From the NCBI GenBank assembly GCA_046563655.1, contig CM102290.1, positions 14,322,001 through 14,386,000 of the forward strand: a DNA stretch of 64,000 bases, given 5' to 3'. Shown here piece after piece: positions 38,190-49,800 of the stretch. Source of the stretch: Yuukianura sp. NJ FZ-2021 (taxonomy: Eukaryota). Every line of letters starts with the position of its first letter. Positions within the stretch are counted from its first letter, which is position 1. Both the position numbers and the translations under genes were made by a program. The notes beneath the pieces are model-generated. The model saw nothing but the letters and a program-made list of their open reading frames with translations, did not search any database and was not told the DNA's origin.

Positions 38190-41100
38190 TTAATAAACCG
38201 GTTGTAAACCGCGCATACTGATAATAGCTCAGGAATAAGGGGTTGTCCCCCAGGGGGAGTGGGGGTGTTCCCCGCACCCCAGGGAGCGCGGGGGTGTGTT
38301 CCGCCCCCCAGAGGGAGTGGCGGTGTTCCCCCGCTTTTTTGCTCCGCACGACAGGGAGAGCGGGGGTGTGTTCCGCCACTTTTCCGCCCCCCAGAGGGAG
38401 TGGTGGTGTTCCCCCGGTTTTTTTGCTCCGCACCCCAGGAAGCGCGGGGGTGTGTTCCGCCACTTTTCCGCCCCCCATAGGGAGTGGTGGTGTTCCCCCG
38501 CCTTTTTTGCTCCGCACCCCAGGGAGCGCGGGGTGTGTTCCGCCACTTTTCCGCTTCCACCCTCGGGGCAGATGGGGTGGGTTCCCCGGGGGAGAAGAGG
38601 TGTGTTCCCCGGGGGAGAAGAGGTGTGTTCCCCGTGGGAGAAGAGGTGTGTTCCCCGGGGGAGAGGAGGTGTGTTCCCCGGGGGAGAGGGGGTGGGTTCC
38701 CCGGGGGAGACGGGTGGGTTCCCTGGCGGAGAGGTGGTGGGTGCACCGGGGAAGAGAAGTGGCTTCCCCGGGGGAAAAAGGGTGGGTTCCCTGGCGGAGA
38801 GGGGGTGGTTCCCCCACTTTCCCGCCCCCCCCCCCATGGGGTGCTCACAGGTGAGACGTGACAGCTGAGGCGTGACAGGTGACAACCGGCAAGTGACAGG
38901 TGACACCCGGCAAGTGACAGGTGACACCCGGTATGTGACAGGTGACACCCGGTATGTGACAGGTGACACCCGGCAAGTGACAGGTGACACCCGGTATGTG
39001 ACAGGTGACAGGTGACACCCGGTATGTGACAGGTGACAAGTGACACCCGGTGGACACAGTGCATGAGTGTGTAATGTGTATATGTCAACTGCGTAATAGA
39101 TTTTTTGCTAAGCAGAGAACCAAGTCCCATGCCAATTGCCTTTCCAGTCTCACAAGCAGAGTTTTTTGTACCCACACTTGCATTACAAATGACCTTTGAA
39201 ATCAATTTTGACCCGGAAGGAGGTGACCTAGGGTCACACATTAAACACAAAAGTTGTTCCCCTCGATGAGAGGAACAACTTTTGTAGAGGTCATTTTCCG
39301 GGTTACCAGGTATAAAACCGGTTGACCTTGACCTTTGACCCGGAAGGAGTTGACACCCGGGGGTCATATTCAATAGTGAATAGGTCCGGGTCATGACATG
39401 GTCACTGGTCAAAACCCGGTTGAAATTGGTCCAACAGTTCCGGAGAAAATCGTTCTAATGTTTTCCGGGACAGACGGACAGACAGACGTCTTCTATAATA
39501 ATAGCTTCGCTATTATAATAAACCGGTTGTAAACCGCGCATACTGATAATAGCTCAGGAATAAGGGGTTGTCCCCCAGGGGGAGTGGGGGTGTTCCCCGC
39601 ACCCCAGGGAGCGCGGGGGTGTGTTCCGCCCCCCAGAGGGAGTGGCGGTGTTCCCCCGCTTTTTTGCTCCGCACGACAGGGAGAGCGGGGGTGTGTTCCG
39701 CCACTTTTCCGCCCCCCAGAGGGAGTGGTGGTGTTCCCCCGGTTTTTTTGCTCCGCACCCCAGGAAGCGCGGGGGTGTGTTCCGCCACTTTTCCGCCCCC
39801 CATAGGGAGTGGTGGTGTTCCCCCGCCTTTTTTGCTCCGCACCCCAGGGAGCGCGGGGTGTGTTCCGCCACTTTTCCGCTTCCACCCTCGGGGCAGATGG
39901 GGTGGGTTCCCCGGGGGAGAAGAGGTGTGTTCCCCGGGGGAGAAGAGGTGTGTTCCCCGTGGGAGAAGAGGTGTGTTCCCCGGGGGAGAGGAGGTGTGTT
40001 CCCCGGGGGAGAGGGGGTGGGTTCCCCGGGGGAGACGGGTGGGTTCCCTGGCGGAGAGGTGGTGGGTGCACCGGGGAAGAGAAGTGGCTTCCCCGGGGGA
40101 AAAAGGGTGGGTTCCCTGGCGGAGAGGGGGTGGTTCCCCCACTTTCCCGCCCCATGGGGTGCTCACAGGTGAGACGTGACAGCTGAGGCGTGACAGGTGA
40201 CAACCGGCAAGTGACAGGTGACACCCGGCAAGTGACAGGTGACACCCAGTATGTGACAGGTGACACCCGGTATGTGACAGGTGACACCCGGCAAGTGACA
40301 GGTGACACCCGGTATGTGACAGGTGACACCCGGTATGTGACAGGTGACAAGTGACACCCGGTGGACACAGTGCATGAGTGTGTAATGTGTATCTGTCAAC
40401 TGCGTAATAGATTTTTTGCTAAGCAGAGAATCAAGTCCCATGCCAATTGCCTTTCCAGTCTCACAAGCAGAGTTTTTTGTACCCACACTTGCATTACAAA
40501 TGACCTTTGAAATCAATTTTGACCCGGAAGGAGGTGACCTAGGGTCACACATTAAACACAAAAGTTGTTCCCCTCGATGAGAGGAACAACTTTTGTAGAG
40601 GTCATTTTCCGGGTTACCAGGTATAAAACCGGTTGACCTTGACCTTTGACCCGGAAGGAGTTGACACCCGGGGGTCATATTCAATAGTGAATAGGTCCGG
40701 GTCATGACATGGTCACTGGTCAAAACCCGGTTGAAATTGGTCCAACAGTTCCGGAGAAAATCGTTCTAATGTTTTCCGGGACAGACGGACAGACAGACGT
40801 CTTCTATAATAATAGCTTCGCTATTATAATAAACCGGTTGTAAACCGCGCATAACGAAATAGCTCAAGCCAACAGATGGCTTTCCCCCAGATGGAAAATG
40901 TGGTGGTGGGTACTCACCTTTTCCCCAATATTCCCCACCGTTTTCCCCAGATTCCCCGCTGTTTCTCCCACATTTCCACGGTTTTCCCCATATTCCCCAC
41001 CGTTTTCCCCACAATCCCCGCTGTTTCCCCCACATTCCCACGGTTTTCCCCATATTCCCCACCGTTTTCCCCACATTCTCCACTGTTTCCCCACATTTCC

Positions 41101-41711
41101 ACGGTTTTCCCCACATTTCCCACCGTTTTCCCCATATTCCCCACCGTTTTCCCCACTGTTTTCCCCACATTCCCACCGTTTTCCCCACATTCCCCACTGT
41201 TTCCCCCACATCCCACATTTCCCCCGGGGGAGTGGGGGTGTTCCCCCTATTTTCCGCCCCCCCACGGGGGAGTGCGGGTGTTCCCCCCACTTTTCCGCCC
41301 CCCCCCCCGGGGAAGTGGGGGCTGGTTTCCCCCCACCCACATCCCCCCAGTGTCAACTCGGCTAGCTCCATGGTATGCCATGGTCTTAGCAGCATTGAAT
41401 AGGCGGCTTCCCATATCCAATGCACGGTATGCTGCGGATGTTGACTTTTGATCCCGGTTTTGACCCCCTTGGAGGGGTCAGAGACCCATGGTTCATATAC
41501 CAAAGTTGTTCCACTCAATGAGAGGAACAACTTTTGTTAGGGTCATTTCCCCGGTTTTATATTAAAAAGGTCAATGACCTTGACCTTTGACCCGGTAAAA
41601 GGTCACATACCCGGGAAAAAAGATAAACTTGATTTGGTGGCCGCCATGGGATGTCCATTGGTGGAAACCCGGCTAAAATTGGTCCAGTAGTTTCCGAGAT
41701 AATTGAGCTGG

Positions 41712-41758
<47 letters not shown>

Positions 41759-41792
41759 TGAATCATATTATAAAATAGCTTTCGCTATTTAA
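38190..41792 (-). mobile_element. Head-to-tail array of three HINE elements (38191-39515, 39516-40826, 40827-41792) carrying GC-rich minisatellites
   Basis: On the minus strand each unit starts AATAGCGAA(A)GCTATT, then (GTCT/GTCC)n, GGGTCAAAGGTCAAGGTCA, an ACAAAAGTTGTTCC...GGAACAACTTT hairpin, and ends GCGGTTTACAACCGGTTTATTA. Units 1 and 2 are near-identical; unit 3 has a different core. Confidence 0.85.
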
Positions 41793-41908
41793 TAATTGAA
41801 AATGAAGGTTTTTAGTTTACTAACGCCCAAAACATGTCAAAATCAATTAAGTGCACCAAATATTTCATACGTAGTTCCTCATAGATGCAACGGATGGTCA
41901 TGACTCAC

Positions 41909-43540
41909 CGTGTCCATTCTGGAAGATCTTCTGGAAATAGTGTCCAAGAGAACAATAGATCACGGTTAGGTTAGCCAGCCTAACGTAACTTTTAGCCTAA
42001 CTTAGGCTTATGCCCACTTTACAATATGTCTATCATGAAACTTGTCCCAAGAGTGGCATCTGTCATCAAAATAGTACTAAAATGTCATTGGAATGACCTC
42101 TACGGACACTCTCACGTTAACAGTTTCTACCTACAGTAACTTCACTTGGTATAAAAAACTGTTAGAAAAGACTATGGTATGTACAGGATGTTAAAAAGTG
42201 AAGGTAAAAAAGTTAAAAGTTGAAGCTAAAGCTGAACAATCGCTGGAGGCAATTGGTAGAATGAAATAAATTCAAAGAGAGACGCTTAGTAACTGCTAAT
42301 TGCCTGGAAAAAATAAAAGTTAGGATCGGAACTGTGGTTTTTCATTCTAAATTCTAGTCATTTGCCGCACATTAACTTTGTGGTGCGTGGTTTTGGAATT
42401 TGCGGCAAAAGTGGCAATGGTCATTAACGGCTTTTTGTAAATGTCAACTCGGCTTGGTTGATCTGGGAATGGATGGGACTTGACCATGGTAATGGTTTCG
42501 GTATTCACAAAAACCCAATCCTATCCAGCAACAAATTATCGTAAAACAAACCAAAATCGATATCCAGAAGACTCAAAATACGGAAAATCCTTGACTCATT
42601 CAGTAATGAATTACGGCTCTCAACTACATTTACGCTCAACTCAAAACCAACATTTAGCATTTAGTTTTATGACTTGTAACGATTTTGGGGTATGTCGCAT
42701 GTCAATAATTGACCTCATTCAGAACGTTTCGAACAACGTTTTTACGACGACCTCAATTGAAACCATATTAATATGTTTACCAGCACTTTTAGGTTAATGT
42801 TAATGGAAAAGCAAGAGATTGTTATAACTTACCAGCGTAATATGCAGCAGCATTCATCCCAATCACACATTCCGATCGACTCATCTTCCAGTAGGTCCAA
42901 CCTTCGTTTCATTCCGTAGATTGTAGTTTCGTAGGCAGTTACACCTTGTAACTTTTAGGACGTGTAACTAACAGGTCATCCAATAACTTGAGATTCGAGG
43001 TCAGCAGGTCAATACTGCAAGTAATCGATGTTCCACCTCCACTGTATACTGGATAATGTCAATCAACGACCTTGACTTGTTGTTCCACACTCCACCAAAA
43101 AGCCTAGGGCAGAGTAAGGCCGTTGTGTAGCTCTTGAACACTGAAAATGACAAAAAGTTTACATTTAAATCAATCATTAATCACAGTTAACTCAACTTTA
43201 AGTTAATCTTAAATACTTAAAGACTTACTTAATTAATAATCTTCTTGCTGCTTACACCTGTTGTACACTGACAATAACAATAACAATGAAAAATGGTACC
43301 GTCCAATGTCAAAACCTGCACAATGTTTAGTTAAGTTATACAATTACAATGATTTTAGTACAGTAACACTAATTAGTTAATCGTTAGTTAAAAAATAAAG
43401 ATGAAGAAGGTGAATTACTTTTGAAAAGTCAAAGACGAAGAAGATAACCAAGACAAAAGAGGTTTTATCTTTGGCACAAATCAACACAAGATCATCTGCT
43501 CTTTCTCTCTCTCACTTCCAAAACACTTTCCACTTTCACC
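41909..43540 (-). other. Probable 5'UTR exons of a minus-strand transcript, most likely MGAT4 (41930-41909, 43141-42833, ~43315-43255, upstream of ~43419)
   Basis: Series of minus-strand GTGAG/GTAAG/GTAAT donors and TTTCAG/TTCCAG/TGCAG acceptors. No long ORF. The link to MGAT4 is inferred. Confidence 0.45.
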
Positions 43541-44936
43541 ACCACTAATCTAACTAAATTTGGTTAATCATAAGTTAATTAAGCAAATGTTAACTACAGA
43601 CTTGATGGTACTGCGGCATTAATTTCAGAAGTCAAAGGTTATTGTTACAAAAAGTGCAAAACAGAAACAGCAGAAATCGTGGTAGATTAGTGCAGGTTTA
43701 AGATAAGAGTAGATTTCTAATAAAGATTACATTAGTAGTTACATAAATTACATGAAATAGCAATTACATAAAATTATGTAATTTGATTCCAGAAAAGTTT
43801 TGATTTGAGATTTTTTAATGACCAGATTGAACAATCCAATTTCGTCTCGTTTAAGAAGCCAGAGAAGCGGCGTCAGCAAATGATTCTTACTATTCTCGTA
43901 GTTTGCAATTTGCACATTATAAGTTAAAAAGTAAAACGTTTTCTTAGCTTAACTTTAGTTCTAAAGTAATTGAAACAAGAAAGTGCTGATTTGGACATTC
44001 TTGGATCAAATGACCTCTGACCTCTCGTACCAGGAAGTAATAGCCACAAATACGTCCCTTTGTCTAAACAATAAACTTTCTGCGCTTGACAGATTTGTCT
44101 TCCTTAGAAATTTAGTCAATCATCAATTCCGATTTTATGAACGTTGACACAAATATCTTTTAGACATCCGATAACTTCAGGCGTCAAATGACTCAGATGA
44201 CGCAACTGTCAAGTGCTAAAAAATCAGAACATCAAGGACTCAAATGTCAACGGACTGAAGTTAATTTTTAGCCTTTAGTTTTAAAAACTTTTAAAAAATT
44301 AGTTCTAAGGCACAGGAGTTTTAAAGATAGGCCAATTTCAAACTACTACTGTCTAAATGCAATTAAATTTAAGTAGCATTGGATCCGTCGTATCCCAGTT
44401 TCTTAAAAATGCCAACTCAGCACATCCTATCAGTGTCCTACAATTTATGCTTGGCCGACAATTGTGGAAGGATGCCAGAAATTTTCAAAATTCGCAGAAG
44501 TACGAATTCTCAAAATTTCGGTTTTTCAGATAAAAATCACTCGGGAATGTTGTTTCACCATTTTAGAATTCAAGCAGGTAGAAATCAATGGTTTTTCTAC
44601 AAAAAACCGCACCGAGAAAAACGTTGTCATAAAATTCGGGAAACTTTTCCATTGTACAACAACTCCGTTCCCACACTTTTGCTTAAGTAGTCGAGTTGTT
44701 TAAAATTGCAATTCAAGATTGTATACTTTATCGAAATAATGATTTTATAAACAATGCAGAGTCAGTTATGACAAAGACTCAGTTTCAGCCAAGACGCTTG
44801 TCACAGTCTACACAGCGATTCAGACGCTTCCCACACTTCAGACTCTAAAGTTCAAAATCTTAGCGACACTTACCCAGTTCAGCTTTTATACTCCGAATCT
44901 TCCCGAATACTTTCCGAAACTTCCCGAATCTTCAAA

Positions 44937-45928
44937 ATGACGATCAGTCTCCGCAGTGGAGGTGGACGTAACGCTGGACTCCAGTTTCAGCCGAATTTAG
45001 AAGGAACCGGAACTCCTGGACCGGATGACGACACGCTGGATCTGGATCGGCACTACCGTGTGGACCGTGCCGACAGACCGTTCGATTCGATCTTCGAAGA
45101 AGTGCGAAGTGGTGGAACTGAATCCAGTTTCGCCAGTAGCATGATGCATTGCCACGCCCATTCGGCTGGAGCGGAAGTGAACGAGTCCTACGGCATCTTC
45201 AAGACACACTGCAACTTCGGTGGAGCCTACACACACAATTAGTAAAACATTCAAAATTTTAAAATTTTCAACCTTTATTTTCAAAACCTTGTAGAACTTC
45301 CGTACCTTGTGTTTTTCAGCTTCATGGTTTCTGCTCCGATCCAACTGAAGGCGATTTACTTCTACGGTCCTTACGATAATCACGAGGAGGACTTCACCGT
45401 GGAACTGACCATCTACGAAGGGGTTTTCCCGGACGACGGTGCACTTAAACTGTGCAGTGTCGTCAAAAACTGTATCGGACGACGGAACGAACTCATGGTC
45501 GTTGAGTTGACGAACTGTCCACGCGTCTTCTGTCGTCCAAAGTTTTGGTATACCGTCCAGTTCCGGATTGACGTAAGTTAAGCTCCGCCTCCCTTTCCTG
45601 TTCAGTAAAATTAACATCACAGTAACAACATTCGGTTCAGTCATACTGAAGTGTGGACTTACAGGGTGCACAGAGTGGAGCTACTTGGAGGATGAAGGGA
45701 GAGCCAAAAATCGAAATTGAAGTGCACATCCCAGGTTTTGGCCCAATTAAATTCCAATTCTTGCGCGGATCGATGCAAATGCCGGAGATGGAGTTTCGTC
45801 TTATTGCGATCGAAGACGAGGTCAAGGCGCACGGGGACTGGGCACGCTACGACATACTGCGTCAGCGTCAGCACAAGGCCAGCATCTGCGACATCATCTG
45901 GGAGTACATCAGCTCATTCTTCCTCTGA
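44937..45928 (+). CDS. PHR-domain-like protein without BTB/BACK; exons 44937-45241, 45320-45572, 45665-45928
   Basis: FMVSAPIQLKAIYFYGP...FTVELTI...PKFWYTVQFRIDG...IKFQF...QMPEMEF resembles the PHR pattern of BTBD1/2/3/6 and Highwire (F.V...I...G.YG...YT....G...F.F...QIP...F). The first donor is weak. Confidence 0.6.
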
Positions 45929-46877
45929 AGTCTCTTCTGAGGTAACTGCCTTCCTAAATTCAGAATTTTACAACAAAAAGTTTCAAAATTTTAAACTTCA
46001 ATCTTGAATTCCCAAAATCAATTTTTGTTTAACTGTCATTTTACCTATTTTCCAGACTGCTTTGGCTTTTGAAGACTTGTTCAAAGCGTCCCTTCACTCC
46101 AATCTCGTCTTAAAATGGAAGACTTTTACCTAAAATTTTGAAAAACGAAATTTTAAAAATTTCATTTTAAAAAAAACTTAAAACTCATAAATTTCCTAAG
46201 TCTATAGACACACTTACCTAATCTCTTGGAATAAAAATCCTGCTTGGCTTCTGCGTGATGATATCGTGCTCGTCAGCCTAAATTGGAATCTTAAAAAAAA
46301 TTTCAAATTGCAGTAAAAAAAATTCAACAATTTAAATAAACTTTTAATTAGTTATCAATTGCAATAAAACATAAATTTTAGTACTTTAACAAAGTACATA
46401 AATCGTTTTTTCTTACAAATGTAATTGGTAACAGTAGAAGTAATGGAAAAAACTCTCCTAACAAATTTTTTTACCTCCCACCAGGTACACAATGCACCAC
46501 CGTAATTCATAGCTCTTTGGTCACACTGATGAACTTAACAGGTTAATTGAACCAAGTAATTACAATTACCGTAACTGTAATTACGGTAATTACAAATTAT
46601 AATTACCGTAATTACACTACGTACGTAGTTAATTTCAACTATGAACATGATATGGTACACTGTCCTAACCACACTACTCTCTCTACTCCACTACTCAGTC
46701 TTGTCAGATCAGTCAACAAATTTAGCAAAAATACAACAATAACAATATTTGAATAAATTCTTAACATAATTCTATAAACAGAAAACTTGCAGCGACCTAA
46801 CAACTTGACCTTTGAGCAATCGCTGATTTACAACTTAGTTGACCTTGGAAAAACTTTGGAATGCTGGTTTTGGACCA

Positions 46878-49800
46878 TCACTTGGAGGACTCTTCGCTAG
46901 AACGCTTCCGCTTGCCACCTTTTTCCTTCGGCTTGCTGCTCGAACGCTTTCTCTTCAGCCCAGGATGATTCACGGCCTACAAAAAAAATTCAACAATTCA
47001 CAACAATGTATTTTCATTCTAAAAGAAATTTTTCAACAAAATTTTAAAATTTTTAATTTTTTAGCTTCTCACAGCTTCAGCCTTCTTGGCCTTGTTACTT
47101 CTGCGTCGCTCATGTAAAGTCTTCCGGATCTCAGCATCCAACTTAATAAACTCCTCCGGACCAACTCTTCCATTCAAAAGAGAGCACATTGCCTCTGCCT
47201 TGTTTCGCAAATCACCTAAAATTTCCAAAAATTTGTCAAATTTTGAACTTTTAGTTTAGAATTTTATGAAATAGGAACAAGTCATGATACTTACCAGCGA
47301 CATTGTCATCAGTGCTGTCCCGAACAGCCATGTGTAGGATGGGTTTGATGTTGTTCATCAAAGTATCATGAAGTGGAGATCCTGGCTCAAATTCAATCGG
47401 TCCTTTAAATTTCTCGTATCCAGGGAGACCGATGTTGTCATACGGAATTTCCTCAGCGTCGGCCAAATGGACGTACGTTTTAAGCAGGGTGTAGCACACT
47501 CGCCGCTTTCAAAAAAAAAAAACTCAAAATTATTTGTCGTAACTTCAATTTTTTTTTGCTACTGCTACTCTCAAAATTTTAAAACTTACAACAGTGAATT
47601 CAGTGGCTTTATGCGTCACTTCTTCGTTGACCAAGTTCCTCATAGTTAAAACAAAGTGAGTCGCAAGAGGTATCTCGCCTGGTTTCTTCTCTCGCGGTAC
47701 CGGAACGGACGATACGTGACACATAAGTTGTGTCAAAACATTCAGAGTTCCAGTTACCTAAAAAACACAACAATCATAAATACTAAAAACTAAAAAGTAA
47801 AAGTTTTGTTGAAAAAACTAAACGTTTTCCCAAAAAAAAGCAAAAGTTTTCCTGCAAAAAATAAGTCGTCCATAAGTAAAATTTTTAGTTTTCCAGAAAC
47901 AAGTAAAAGTTTTCTTAAAAAACTAAACGTTTTCTCGCAAAAAGTAAAAGTTTTCCCACAAAAACTAATTTCTCATGAAAAAATAGTAAAGTTTTCTTGA
48001 AAAATGTCAACCACCGCTAAACCGAAACTTGATTAATTCTAAAAACCACAAAAATTTCTACCTTACCTTGTCTTCTATTGGCAGAAACTGCGCAGCCGTT
48101 GACATTTTGATCACATTCACATGTCCGTCAATCATCGCTTTCAAGTCCAGCACATTTTTTAAAAACGGCAGTACAGCAGCATCTTCTCTAGCCAATCCTT
48201 CCTTTGAAACCAGTCGATTCACCAACTCCGTTCTGTCCGATTCCAAAACACAGTTCAAAATGCAGGCTGCCACACGGACGGCGCTTGCTCTGATGATATG
48301 TGAGTTGTCCATCAATCCTTGTCGTACCATCAATTCTAAAAACGAAAACAACTTTTCAAAAAAGAAACAAACGTTTTACAAAAACATTTTTTTAAAACTT
48401 ACCAATAACAGTATCCAACTTCCAAGCAGCAACATTTTGTCCAGTCCACATCCATTCCTTGACAAATCCTTGTACGATACTTTCCAGTTGCTGGAACGCC
48501 ACTTTCCTCAGTTTTTGAAACTTCGGATCCAGATTATCCATCAACGACATGAGCAATGCACCAAACTTGGTCAAAAACTCGTCCGACACACGACTCGTCG
48601 CTCTTGTTGCAGCATTGAACGCTCTTGTGATGAAAATAAAAGTAAACGGATCCAATGGCTCCGCTGCTCTTCCTTTATCAGATGTATCCTGTAAAACAAA
48701 AAAACAGTTTTTTTTTGTCAAAACTCCACCCATTTTTCAAAATTTTGAACTGTTTCAACTTTCACCTTTTTGTTGAGAAGACTCATGCATATTGGGACGA
48801 TAGTTTCAACGGCATTCGGCAGGCTTAGATAAATGTCATAGATGTCCATTGCCGCATTGGAAATCTCAAGTGAGTTGGAACGAAGAACTTCAAAGAGGTG
48901 GACTGGCAGTTTTGTATAAAAATTTTTGAATGACGACTGAAAAACAAGACAAATATCTTTTTATCAAAATTTTTCAAAATTCATTTCAAAAATTTAAAAA
49001 TACCGGAGAAACAGCTCCGATGATCTTCTCGATGAGTTTGAGCAGATTGAGTGCCTGGTACGGAAGTGCCGCTTGTCTGAGTTGTGACCAAATTGAGTCC
49101 AAGAACATGTCAGTATCGCCGCTCCGGGAAGAAACATAAGTCAGCACATACTTGATATACACCTAAAAACAACAAAAACCATCACTCAAAAACTGTTTGA
49201 CCTCATGTCGTCAAGGTCATTGACCTCTCTTCTTACCTTATGACAAGTCTCCACGACATGAGCTTCGACAGACCTCGTGCTAACTCTCAGCATCTCCCAC
49301 ATTATGTCTCCAAGGTATTCAGCCTCCACTTTCAGTTCGATGACGCACAGCACAAATTTCATTGCCGAGTTCTACAAACATTCAAAAACCAAACAATTTT
49401 TCAAAAAAATTCCCTCAAAAATTCCTAAATTTTAACTTACAACACAGTGCCCATCTTGCAAAAATTTTTTGACAATCGACAGTAGGAGCTGCAGGTCGGT
49501 CTTCTTCAACCGCATTTCAGAATGTACAGTCAAGAAAGTCGTCAGAGACTGAAATCACAAGGTGATTAATTAATTAACTGATTAACTAAGTCAATTAATT
49601 AATAATTTTAGTACTTACCGTAAAGATGACATTGACCGTCTCCTGATTTCCCCTAGATTCGCAGTATTTGACAACATTTTGGACCAAACTGGTGAAAAGC
49701 TTGTTAAATTCGGACCCTCCGGGCAAAAGACACTTCGGCACAGTTTCGCCTGTTTGGCTCCATCCCAGAAACATTGTCACCAGGCGATGTGACAGCAACA

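Noticed and set aside
38179..41530. Many long overlapping ORFs (up to 409 aa) on both strands
   Set aside because: They come from GC-rich minisatellites that lack stop codons. The translations are repetitive P/G/R strings with no Rep, helicase or transposase motifs.
44997..45953. Second protein encoded antisense to the PHR gene, with a possible selenocysteine TGA at ~45915
   Set aside because: The frames are codon-aligned shadows of the plus gene and the TGA is the complement of a Ser TCA. The upstream exon is closed in all frames and no SECIS was recognised. Only the antisense splicing is kept as a finding.
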